From positions 35,774,001 through 35,838,000 of the forward strand of contig NC_043012.1 of NCBI RefSeq assembly GCF_006345805.1: 64,000 nucleotides of DNA. The letters are read 5' to 3'. Source of the DNA: Octopus sinensis (Eukaryota). The translations under genes and the position numbers were made by a program. The stretch's first letter is position 1. Each line of letters begins with the position of its first letter. Below, piece after piece: positions 12,770 through 24,021 of this stretch. Below the pieces are notes generated by a model that did not search any database, was not told where the DNA came from, and saw only the letters and a list, made by a program, of their open reading frames with translations.

Positions 12770-12807
<38 letters not shown>

Positions 12808-12842
12808 GTACATACATAGCTCATACTAACAAGCATGTATTG

Positions 12843-12886
12843 TGACTTGAAGTTTCATGTGAAATTAATAATTTACACTCATCAGA
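12843..12886 (-). ncRNA. Hammerhead core with intact catalytic bases but collapsed stem I
   Basis: CUGAUGA-GUGU..ACAU-GAAAC-UUCAA-GUC; stem I only 1 bp. Confidence 0.5.
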
Positions 12887-13079
12887 GGTGCACTTTATGG
12901 ATCTGAGTAAAACTCAACTCTAAAGACAACTGAGCTTTACATTTTTTTAAAAAATAATACAGAAAACTTTGGGAGAAATTTGGTTGCTATTTTTAGCTGG
13001 TTAAGTGTCACACCTACTCATCGTTTATACTGTTGTGGCACTTAATCTATAGCTAAGGCATGATGATGATGATCATCAT

Positions 13080-13210
13080 CATCATCATCCTCATCAACAA
13101 CATCTTCCCTTGACATCTGTCTTTCATGCTCATATGGGTTGGATGCTTTGACAGGATCCTATAAGTCAGAGGACTTGCCATGCTCCAGCTGAGCCACATG
13201 CACCCAGCAT
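13080..13210 (-). mobile_element. RTE-tailed retroposon, family C, partial
   Basis: (CAT)n then GACATCTGTCTTTCATGCT..GGGTTGGATG. Confidence 0.65.
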
Positions 13211-13241
13211 GGTCTAGCTGTGTTTGTGGTAAATAGACACA

Positions 13242-13251
13242 ACCGGAAGTG
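13242..13251 (+). promoter_or_regulatory. ETS-type consensus ACCGGAAGTG in a unique island
   Basis: Exact motif match only; function unproven. Confidence 0.2.
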
Positions 13252-13456
13252 AAGTGATGAGCTACTGAATTCTACATAACACTAGACGCAGATGTATTGG
13301 TCTGCACCGTCAGCAGTGGGAGTACTGTGTAGCTGACGAGTGTTTTCTTCATTTTTAATGAGCTAAATTTAATCGGTTTGCTATCTTGTTAATTACCATA
13401 AAGTTGGAAGCTTTCATTGGCGCCATAATGAAAATGCTTACGGTTCATATTTACAG

Positions 13457-13575
13457 GAAAGACATGCTAGAACTCTATCACACCATCACACCGTCACACC
13501 TTCCTGGTGAATTCTGTTGCCATGTGAATGTTCTCTGCACATTTAACAAGAGGAAGAAGAACACAAAGTGGCAGA
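13457..13575 (+). CDS. Candidate internal exon KDMLELYHTITPSHLPGEFCCHVNVLCTFNKRKKNTKWQ
   Basis: TTTACAG acceptor, AGA|GTAAGG donor, one open frame; no family recognised. Confidence 0.28.
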
Positions 13576-13948
13576 GTAAGGAATGGGTGGCAGAACGATA
13601 CGTGAGGAAGTATAATGATGCTTGATGTTATACGTGAAAGTGAAACTAGGAGACGTACATGTTTTGAGGAAATCAACGAAAATAAACAACAACAACAAAA
13701 CAGAAAGGTAGGGTGGAGGTTGAGGTGGGGGGAGTAAAGTTTATCTCCAATAATTTTGAATTTGGCATTTAGCTAATCCCTTTAATGTTTTTGATATGTT
13801 TTAAATAATTAATGATGCCTGGAAAATTCGTTGTATAACAAATAATTAGTTATTATTTGCCAACCTGTTTTCATTTCCTCGGTTTTGTTGCTAGAAAAAT
13901 TTTCAGTTTAAAAGATTAATGAACGGAATGAAGAGAGCTGTGACTTAC

Positions 13949-14032
13949 ATAATAGCAAAGACTCGTTAGTTTGATGAAGTTAGCCTCAAAACTCATTCTC
14001 TCGTCTTCGTTCAACAGAGAAATAATCAATGA
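13949..14032 (-). CDS. Candidate symmetric exon SLIISLLNEDERMSFEANFIKLTSLCYY
   Basis: 84 nt, GTAAGT donor, protein-like frame; acceptor tract is purine-rich and weak. Confidence 0.3.
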
Positions 14033-14319
14033 CTGTATATTTTAAACTGTTTTTTTCTCCCCTTTTCTTTGCATTTCATCTACTTTCCTCCTCTCCTCCG
14101 TCCCCCCCCCACATTTTGCAATCAATCTATGTTTCTCGTGACCTGACTGCCTCATTATATATACACATACTGACAAGCACATATATATACTGGAGTTCAT
14201 TATACACCCACAAACCCATACGGCACACAGCTTGTTATACGCCCACAAACATGTATACAGCACATGTGTAGAGCTTATGAAAATGTTAATGCAAACACAG
14301 GAGAAAGTTGCAGACATCG

Positions 14320-15335
14320 ATTGTACCGTTCGCTGCCACCACCGCCACCACCACCACCACCACCACTGCCACCACCACCGCCACTGCCACTGCTGTCGTT
14401 GCCATACACCACTGATACTAATACTACCATCGTGACCACTTACCATTGTGATGTGCTGAGCATTGTGATTGTAACTGCTCACCATCAACACTAGCACGAC
14501 TACCACCATGACCATGCTATCACTCTTAGAAACACATGCATCGCCACCACCACCACCATCGCCACCACCACCACTATTGCTGCCACACCACCACCACCAC
14601 TATCGCCCCCACAATCGTCACCTCCACCACTATCGCCACCACCACCACCATTCATCCTTTTCATAACTGTCACTACTGTCCTCACCACCGTCACCATCAC
14701 CATCATCATCATCAATATTATCACCAACACCACCATGACCAGCATCAACAACCTCCCCACACACACAAACACCACCACCAATTGCCACAGCCACCATTGC
14801 TATCACTTAAACACTCATCACCATCACTGCTACCACCACCAGTATCCTGACCGCCGTCACCATCACACCATCATCACTATTGCATCCATCCCCTCCACCA
14901 CCATCACTATCACTCTCACACTCATCATCATCATCATCATCATCTAACACATGACCACCACCACTGCCACCACCACTACCATCACCACCAACAGCACCAC
15001 TGCCACCACAACTATCACCACCACAGCCACCATCATTACCACCACCACAGCCATCACTGCCACTACCACCACCACTAACACCACCACCACTACCACCACC
15101 ACTACCATCACCACCACCAGTCATCACTATCACCACCACTACCACCAGCACCACGGCCACCATCACATCACCACCACAATCACAACCACCACCACCACAA
15201 TCATCGGCACCAGTGACACTACCACCACCACTACCACCATCAATACCTCAAGTCCACTGTGCCTATCACCAAAACCACTACTGCCATGCCAACACCGTTT
15301 ACCTTAATCACCCTGCCCACCACCACCACCACCAC
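14320..15335. repeat. Long degenerate (CAC)/(CAT) low-complexity tract
   Basis: Direct reading; explains poly-T/H/P/G ORFs. Confidence 0.95.
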
Positions 15336-15569
15336 CACCACCACCACTACAATTAAAACTGATTGCATTGCTAGAAGTCATTGGTGGATCTTCCAAGATA
15401 TAATAGACTTGAACAACAATTTGGACAGACAAAGGAACTTATATACACTCACAGTGTTTATAAACACACTGTGGGTGCAGATACACACACATATACATAC
15501 ACATGCACACATACATACCCACATATATGCATCTATCTATCTATCTATCTCTATATATATAATCTTTTA

Positions 15570-15965
15570 TTCTTTTACTTGTCTCAGTCATTTGACTGTG
15601 GCCATGCTGGAACACTGCCTTTAGTTGAAAAAATCGACACTAGGACTTTTTCTTTGTAAACTTAGTTCTTATTCTATAGGTCTCTTTTGCCAAATCACTA
15701 AGTGACAGGGACATAAACACACCAACATCGGTTGTCAAGCAATGGTGGGGGACAAACACAGACATACAAATACATAGATACATACACACACACACACATA
15801 TACACGACAGGCTTCTCTCAGTTTCCGTCTACCGAATCCACTCAAGGCTTTGGTTGGCCCAATGCTATAGTAGAAGACATTTGCCCAATGTACCACACAG
15901 TGGGACTGAACCCGGAGCCATGTAGTTGGGAAGTGAGCTTCTTACCACACAGCCATGCTTGTGCC
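15570..15965 (-). mobile_element. SINE family B, near full length
   Basis: Complete tail-core-head order in reverse complement. Confidence 0.9.
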
Positions 15966-16039
15966 TATGAATATATATATATATATATATATAGTCTGAG
16001 ATTTTACATATGCTTTTCCGCAGTGGCACTGGTTGGCTG

Positions 16040-16190
16040 AGACTTTTGTGTCTTTGTTTATAGTGAATGTTGGCAACCGGAAGAGCATCTGGCTGTAGAA
16101 AATCTGCTTCAATGAATTCCATCTGAGTGGCCCATGCAAGCATTGAATAGTGGATGTTAGAATGGTGATGATTTTGATGATGATGATGTG
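16040..16190 (+). mobile_element. Family C retroposon 3' end
   Basis: GGAAGAGCATCTGGCTGTAGAAAA..CCCATGCAAGCAT..GGATGTTA then (GAT)n. Confidence 0.75.
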
Positions 16191-16739
16191 TATGTGTGTG
16201 AGTGTGAGTGTGTGTGTGTGTATGTGTGCTTATATGTATGTGTTTCTTTATATTTTGCATTGTACAAAAGTTGTAATCTAAGAGAAGTGTTATTGCCAAT
16301 TCTTCTATCAACAAATCATCTGCTTACTTGAAAAAGTAAGGTTTTGCGACAAGAAGGGCACCTGGCTGTAAAACAGGACCCATGCTAATGATACTGGATA
16401 ATATAATGAGAGATAAATTGTTGGAAAAGAGAGGATGATCATGCCTGGATTGCCTTTGATTACACATAAGCTTGGCCAGGGATGTTTTGGTACTAAACAA
16501 CAATATGACAATGAATGAAAATGTATAAATCTATAGGGTTTCTTGTAGTTTTCAGTAGGAAATCTTTTCCATCTGTGTGTATGTGTGTGCATGTGTCTGT
16601 GTGTATGTATGTAGGTGCATACGTACCTACATACGTTTATACCTATGTACTTCTCTTTCTCTTTTTAATTTCAGAGTATATTTTGACCGGTCACTCACTG
16701 ACTTGGTAGTAAGGTTGTGAAGGAAAGTCTCTTGTTTTG

Positions 16740-17110
16740 TTCATCATCCTTTAAATTTTAGGAAAGCTTGTACATTTTTATAGTCCTCAATATCATGATC
16801 CTCTGTAGTGTATGAATTAAGGATTTGCATTCTCTCCCCAAGATCCCAAGTTCAGCCATACTTTGCTCCAGACAGGTCGGTATGTATCCTGTTGCTCCAA
16901 TAATTATAGGAATGAAGCTGAAAGTGTATCTTGGGTCCTGGATTTGCAAACACTTTATCAATGATCCATAAATGTCCTCTTTCTCTTCTATTTTCCTAAC
17001 CACATTGGTGTCCAGAGAGCAGCTGATTTCCGCAACAGTACATATCTTTTCTTTGTAATCCCACCACAATAATATCTAACCAGTTGTTCCAGTTAACCTG
17101 GTGGCTGTTT
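16740..17110 (-). mobile_element. Non-LTR retrotransposon 3' fragment, restriction-like endonuclease (R4/Dong-type)
   Basis: LDII/VWWDYKEKICTVAEISCSLDTNVVRKIEEKEDIY..FIPIIIGATGYIP fits the PD..D/E..K..KY..PIIIGA.G pattern. Confidence 0.75.
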
Positions 17111-17552
17111 TAATTTCTAAGTTTCACCAATATTCTTTTGACCAATCAGTCTCAATATTTATATATGATGTATAGATGAGTGTATGTTATTATGTATGTG
17201 TGTATATGTACACAGCCAGTGGGTAGATTTTATTTGTTGCCCAGTTTAATACCATTAGCCGGAATTAATTAACTAGAAACTCTCTCAGCAGCATTGATTG
17301 AAGTAAAGCCGTGCACAATTATATTTAACACACTCTTGTACACCCTGACATGGACAGACCTTTGCTGCAGAAACTGTCTTGGGAGAGAAATTCTTCTAAT
17401 AGATAATATGTGTGTGAAAAATACATCATGCTGGGTTATGAATGGCATCATTAGATTGTACTATTTTACGTTTCTGCATTGTTACGCTTCATCTGCTACA
17501 GACATTGAATCCATCATTTACAGCCCCATAAGAATTCTGTTCTTGTATTTAA

Positions 17553-17767
17553 TCCTTTAGCTTTCAGATAATTCCGTCAAATATTTATTTATTCACATTG
17601 TTTTAAATTAACCATTCATTAACTCACAGCTTTGAGATTTCAATTATGTGATTGCTTATTTTTAGAATGACATTGTAGGGTAGGTGTGAGAGGCTGGATC
17701 TGGCTGGTTTGAACATAAAACAGCTGGAATATTTGGGCATGATATGACCAATTTAAACGCTAAAGGG
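17553..17767 (+). mobile_element. piggyBac-type MITE
   Basis: TTAA|TCCTTTAGC ... GCTAAAGGG|TTAG; second copy inverted at 41926-42149. Confidence 0.75.
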
Positions 17768-17899
17768 TTAGACTGCTAATAGTAGATTTGCTGATGTGTG
17801 CAAAGCTTATCAAGCTAGAATTAATTAACTAGAGGCATACTAAGTAGCAATGATTAAACAGGTGTTTACTCACAAATTTGAAAAGACTTCATTGTAGAA

Positions 17900-17938
<39 letters not shown>

Positions 17939-18195
17939 CTTGTTGTTCTTGTTCTTCTTGTTCTTCTTCTTCTTCTTCATCATCCTCGTCATCGTCATCA
18001 TCATCTCCATGAGTCTTGCCATCATCATCATCATCTCCATCATCAGCACTGTTGTTCTCATCATCATCACTATCATCATCCCCTTCACCACCACTAACAA
18101 CAACAATACCACCATCATTTTTACCACCAGAACCACCACCGTCACTCCCACCACCACAGTAGTTCTTATCATTGTTGTTATTGTTATTATTATCA
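17900..18195. repeat. (TTG)/(TTC)/(CAT) compound microsatellite
   Basis: Direct reading. Confidence 0.95.
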
Positions 18196-18673
18196 TCTTT
18201 ATTTTGGTGTGTTACATGTGATTTCTACATCGCAGCATGTGTTAGAAAGTTCTAGAACACGCCATATTTGCATGCGTCTTCATCTATTAGACTAAATGTC
18301 ATGATATAATTTGATAAAACCAATAAAACAATGATAGATAGAAACCAAGACAGAGATCTTAACCGTTGCATCAATCATCAACAGAGAGAGATGCCAATTA
18401 ATGTATTATTCACGAAACAATTCCACAATGGTCTTTGGAAACGGTAAAACTTTTATCCTTATTTACTTTCATATTTGTTTTTATATTATAATGGTGAAAA
18501 ATAGCAATGGCGGTGGTCACAGGTTTCCAATGGACTAATCACTGATTCACAGCATTTCTGACAGTGAGAGCGATAAGGGAGTGGTTGTTACGTGCTGCAG
18601 AACAAATATCATAGAACAATTGTTTCTTTCTTTTTCGTTTGTTTTCTTGAAAGATTCACACACACACACACAG

Positions 18674-18705
<32 letters not shown>

Positions 18706-19049
18706 ACATGCACACACATGCACACATACACACACACACATGCACACACATGCACAGATGCACACACAGACACAGTCATATACATACATAGACACATGCA
18801 TACATACATGTGCACACATTCATATACATATGCATGAGTGGTAATATATTTACTCCCTAACCACCTGGTTTCGAGTTCAGTTTGAATGCTTGGCACCTTG
18901 GCAAGTGTCTTTTGCTACTGCCCCAGGTCAACCAAAGCCTTGTGAGTGGATTTGGTTGAGAGACGCCCATCATACATCCATCCATACATACATACATACA
19001 TACATTCATACGTACGTACGTACATACACACACATATACATATGTATAT

Positions 19050-19360
19050 ATAAGGAGCACTCCATCAGTTACAATGATGAGAGTCCCAACTGATATAATC
19101 AACAAAACAGCTTGCTTGTGAAATTAAGTTGCAAGTGGCTGAGGACACCTGTACCCTTAATGTAGTTCTCAGGAAGGTTCAGTGTGACACAGAATGTGAC
19201 GAGGCTGGCCCTTTTGAATTACAGGTACTACTCAATTTTGCCAGTGGACTGGAGCAACGTGAAATAATGTGTCTTGCTCAAGGTCACAATGTGTGCCAGG
19301 AATTGAACTCACGACATTGCGATCATGAGCGGAATGCCCTAACCACTAAGCCACATGCCT
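19050..19360 (-). mobile_element. SINE family F, near full length
   Basis: Reverse complement of head GGCATGTGGCTTAGTGGTTAGGGCATTCCGCTCATGATCGCAATGTCGTGAGTTCAATTCC. Confidence 0.85.
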
Positions 19361-19379
19361 ATATATATATATCTAAAGC

Positions 19380-19670
19380 ACCACCTTTAGCCAAAGAAAT
19401 TGATCCCAGGACTTATTCTTTGTAAGCCTAATACTTATTCTATTAGTCCCTTTTGCTGAACTGCTAAGTTCAACAACAACATCAATTATCAAGTGATGGT
19501 GATGGTGGGGGGCAAGGGCTTGTTTTCAGTTTCCATGTACCAAATCCACTCACAAGGCTTTGGTCAGCCCAAGGCTATAGTAGAAGACACTTGCCCAAGG
19601 TGCCATGCAATGGGACTGAACCCAGAACTATGTGGTTGGGAAGCAAGCTTCTTACCATACAGCCACACCT
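19380..19670 (-). mobile_element. SINE family B
   Basis: Matches other copies. Confidence 0.85.
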
Positions 19671-19859
19671 AAACCTATATATATCATTATTGCCATCATT
19701 AAATGTCCATTTTCCATGCTGGCATGGGTTGGACAGTTCACCGAGAGCTGGGAAGCTAGAGAGCTACACCAGGCTTCATTTGTCTGTTTTGACATGGTCT
19801 CTATGGTTGGATGCCCTTCCTAATGCCACACACGTATTCACATATACACACACACATAT

Positions 19860-20180
19860 ATGTGTCTGGTGCTGGTACCATGTAAAAGCACCTGTGCTGG
19901 AGTCATGTAAACAAAGGAACCTGTGCAGGTGTCGCATAAAAGCTCCAGTGCCGGTGCCATGTAAAAGCACCCATGTTGGTGCCAAGTAATAGCATCCATG
20001 CTGGAGCCATGTTAAAGCACCCAGTATGCTCTGTAAAGTGGTTGGGGTTAGGAAGGGCATAGGAACCGTGCCAAAACTGATAAATGGAGTCTGGGTAGCT
20101 CTCCAGCTGGCCTACTCCTTTCAACCCATGCCAGCATGGAGAATGGATGTTAAAAGATGATGATGACGATGATGATGATA
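19860..20180 (+). mobile_element. Family C retroposon with ~24-bp internal minisatellite
   Basis: Repeats of GTGCTGGTGCCATGTAAAAGCACC, then AGGAAGGGCAT..CCCATGCCAGCATGGA..GTTAAA(GAT)n. Confidence 0.85.
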
Positions 20181-20861
20181 TGCTTAGCAACAGTGTCATT
20201 TTATCTATGTCCCCATGACTCAGCAATTCAGCAAATGAAACTGATATATTATGTTCCAGACTTAAAATAAACACTGTGGATCAGTTTGTTTGACTAAACC
20301 TACAGAACAGTGCTCCAGCATGATCACAATCCAAGGAAAAGAATATAAGAGATATTTGATAGGCTTCTACACAGTTTCCATTTGTCAAATTCCAGTCGTA
20401 AAATATTGGTTGACTCAAGGCCATTGTAGAAGACACATGCCCAAATACTGGCACCTGGTGGGATCGAGTCTGGAAGCTTGTAATTGTGAAGAAAATTTCT
20501 TCATCACACACCCACCTTATAGGATCTGCCCAAACTAAATTTGATCACGAAGACAAATTGTTGAGAGGAAGGAAAGCAATTAATTAAGAATTATTCATTG
20601 TAAATATTGGAAAAGCAATAAATTAGAAACACAATTATCTGCACGGCACCTTGGGCAAGTCTTCTACTCTAGCCCCCTTACCAACCAATAGTTTACGAGT
20701 AAATTTGATTGCCAGAAACTGTATGGAAGCCTGTTATGTGTGTGTGTGTGTTTGTAAAGAATGTGTATATATGTGTGTGTGTAAATATTTTTTTTGTAAA
20801 TATTGCAAAAACAATAAATTTGAAGCACTCTTGTAATTATTGGATTAGCCAAATCTATAGA

Positions 20862-20943
20862 TCACCGATTCTTTTGCTTCTTAGGCGCATCTTTCTTAGT
20901 TCCGAATCCAGTTCCCCCAAAGTTCATTTTACCTTTTATCCAC
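20862..20943 (-). CDS. Candidate terminal coding exon (R)WIKGKMNFGGTGFGTKKDAPKKQKNR*
   Basis: Strong acceptor TATTTTGTTTTATCTCTCCCAG|G; open only in phase 2; TGA at 20864-20862. Confidence 0.45.
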
Positions 20944-21119
20944 CTGGGAGAGATAAAACAAAATATCAGTGAAATACTGGGGGTAAATTCCACCTTTCCA
21001 CCTTTGTGATGTTTGTGGCTTGGCACTGATTTAAGAAACAAAATTTTGCAAGTTTCAATTAAAAGAGGAAAGGGAGAGTGGGGAGTGGAGACACACCATA
21101 GGGTGAGCCGGAATTATCA

Positions 21120-21440
21120 TCATCATCATCATCATCATCCAGTGTTTTAAACCTGGGTTTTGTCCCCGTTAATGGGGTGGCCAGATCTACCTCAATGCCA
21201 TAGCAACTGAGGTAGGCAGGTGCAGTCTACCCCAACCTTTGGGCTAGCTGGTGTCCATCCTCTTTGTTATCACGAGGCTTTTTTGGAGTTGGTTTTTCTA
21301 CGTGGCGCATGCCCTTGCTTACCCCGAACCTCAGTTTCTAGACATGAGTAGTCACAAGACCAAGGCCTCTACCGAAGTTTTTAAGAAATCGGGTGGAAAA
21401 CTAGCTCAGGAAATCAGGGACACTACTCCCTAAGACCCCT
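21120..21440 (-). mobile_element. RTE-like retroposon 3' segment, distinct from family C
   Basis: Reverse complement reads GCAAGGGCATGCGCCACGTAGAAAA..CCCCATTAACGGGGACAAAACCCAGG then (GAT)n; internal hairpin CTACCTCA..TGAGGTAG. Confidence 0.55.
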
Positions 21441-21539
21441 TTCAGAGCCCCCCCCCCGCCTCACTTATTTGTTATTTTTCTTAATATATTTATTTTATTT
21501 CTTAACATTTATTGTTATCGTATTCTTTTTCTTTTATTC

Positions 21540-21930
21540 TTTAACTTGTTTCAGTCATTTGACTGCGGCCATGCTGGAGCACCACCATTAGTCGAGCAAA
21601 TCAATCCCAGGACTTATTCTTTGTAAGCTTAGTACTTATTCTAGCGGTCTCTTTTGCCGAACCGCTAAGTTACGAGAACGCAAACACACCAGCATCGGTT
21701 GTCAAACGATGTTGGGGGGACAAACATAGACATACAAACACACACACATATATATATATATATACATACGACGGGCTTCTTTAAGTTTCTGTCTACCAAA
21801 TCCACTCACAAGGCTTTGGTTGGCCTGAGGCTATAGTAGAAGACACTTGCCCAAGATGCCACGCAGTAGGACTGAACCCGGAACCATGAGGTTGGTAAGC
21901 AAGCTACTTACCACACAGCCACTCCTACGC
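21540..21930 (-). mobile_element. SINE family B, young CpG-rich copy
   Basis: Retains CpGs (GCGGCC, GTCGAGC, CCGAACCGC, ACGACGGGC) that are TpG/CpA in other copies. Confidence 0.92.
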
Positions 21931-22079
21931 CTTTTTTTTTTTGTTTTAATTTCACAATCCAATTTGCATATCTCTTACCTACCACTTTTTTTTCCTTTTA
22001 AATTTGTCTTTCTAATGTCATTTTAACAGTCCACTCTTGTAGCATATAAAATAAATTATTATTATTTTTATTTTATTAA

Positions 22080-22290
22080 GGTAGTGAGCTGCTGGCATTA
22101 TTAACACACCAGGTGAAATGCTTAGTGGTATTTCGTATTACATGTTCTGGGTTCAAATTCTGCCAAGGTCGACTTTGCCTTTCATCCTTTCGGGGTCGGT
22201 AAATTAAGTACCAGTTAAGCACTGGAGTCAATGTAATCAATTTATTTCCTCCCCCAAAATTTCAGGCCTTGTACCTATAGTAGAAAGGAT
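22080..22290 (+). mobile_element. SINE family A (1 of 3 adjacent)
   Basis: Full head and body, (ATT)n tail. Confidence 0.88.
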
Positions 22291-22317
22291 TATTATTATT
22301 AATATTATTATTATTCT

Positions 22318-22530
22318 GATGGCAAGTTGACAGAATCATTACAGTACCGGACAAAATGCTACCAAGTGTTTTCTCTATCTTTGTGTTCTGAGTTCAAATT
22401 ATGCTGAGGGACATTGCCTGTCATCCTTTTGGGGGTCAATAAAATAAGTTCCATTTGAGCACCAGGGTCAATGCAATCAACTTACCTCACTACCTACCGA
22501 AATTGCAGGCCTTGTGCCAAAATCTGAAAC
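22318..22530 (+). mobile_element. SINE family A (2 of 3 adjacent)
   Basis: Full head and body, (CAT)n tail. Confidence 0.85.
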
Positions 22531-22604
22531 CATCATCATCATCATCGTTATCGTCATCGTCATCGTCGTCGTCGTCATCATCATCAGTATTAATATTATT
22601 AAAT

Positions 22605-22795
22605 TGTCGAGTTTGCAGGAATGCTAGTGTATTGGCCAAAATGTTTAGATGCATTTGTTCCAACTCTCAGCATTCTGAGTTCCAATTCTGCTGAGGTCAA
22701 CTTTATTTTACATCTTTTCAGAATTGATAAAATAGAGCACTAATCGAGTACCCCTTAAAATTGCTGGCCTTGTGCCGAAATTTGAAGCCATTATT
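22605..22795 (+). mobile_element. SINE family A (3 of 3 adjacent)
   Basis: Decayed head, body, (ATT)n tail. Confidence 0.8.
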
Positions 22796-23175
22796 ATCAT
22801 TATTATTAATGAAGGCTGACCAGTGGCTAAACAACAACCACACCATCTGTCCAACTATGTTTAAAGCATTACCACCTATCTATCCTTTAATGTATTTTAT
22901 TTGACCAGAAGCTAGTCCCCAGCTTATTTACCTTACAGGAAATATTTCTTAGTTTCTCCTATAATTAATCAATATAGGAAAGATGGAGGGGGGATTTATT
23001 GATTTTTTTTTCTCTTGTCTGTAGACCACACCTAGTGAAACCTCTTTGTCTTCACCATAACTCAAGATCTACTGAAACTAAGCTGTCTATTCTTAGCAGA
23101 TTACTACTTCATTCATCAGCCTCAACACACACACACACATGTATAAATTTATATATACATGTGTGTGTGTATATA

Positions 23176-23223
<48 letters not shown>

Positions 23224-23699
23224 TATGTATGTATATATATATGTATCTATTTAGGTGTGTATATGTATATTTACATGTGTTTATAATATGTGTGTGTGTG
23301 TGTGTGGGTGTGTATTATAGTATGTGTATTATAAGATATATATGTATGTATGCTTTTGAGTATAAATCATAAGTCGTTTTATTAATAGAGTGTTATTTAC
23401 TAAGTGGGAGTACACCACATACGATACGATACGTTAGAGAGAGGAAAGAGGGGTGTGTATAACATATAAAATTGGCCATATATCATGGGATGATGTTTTA
23501 TATATATATCTAATCAGGGTGTATATATCATGCTGTGATCTTTATAGATCTAGCGGGGCAGGGGTGTACTTTCGGTATTGTTGTTTTCTGTTACTCAAAC
23601 ATCAATTTCGGTGAAACAATAAACAAAGCATTTTCAATGACAATCAAACGTGTTAATAAATTATGTATAAATTGTGATATTCATAGTGAGAATATAAAA

Positions 23700-23750
23700 G
23701 CGTATTGATAATAATGATAATGATAATAATAGTAATAATAATAATAATGA

Positions 23751-23841
<91 letters not shown>

Positions 23842-23930
23842 TAATAATAGTAATAATGATAATGATAATGATAATAATGATAATGATAATAAAATTGATG
23901 TGTACATTTTACAGTGTATTTGTTTGAAAG

Positions 23931-23988
<58 letters not shown>

Positions 23989-24021
23989 TATCATTATTAT
24001 TGTTATTATTATTATTATTCA
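23700..24021. repeat. (TAA)/(TGA) then (CAT)/(TAT) microsatellite
   Basis: Direct reading; adjoins the 3' end of the R4/Dong-type fragment. Confidence 0.95.

Larger units (their letters stand above)
11588..12770. mobile_element. Inverted repeat element (arms 11588-12084 and 12271-12770) carrying hammerhead motifs; probable non-autonomous Penelope-like pLTR pair
   Basis: Arms about 500 bp and about 94% identical by manual alignment; both outer ends abut (TA)n; each arm has a hammerhead core and a GTAAGT donor-like site. Confidence 0.75.

Noticed and set aside
17269-17560. 88-aa + ORF and a Cys-rich minus frame
   Set aside because: No convincing splice pair or recognisable motif.
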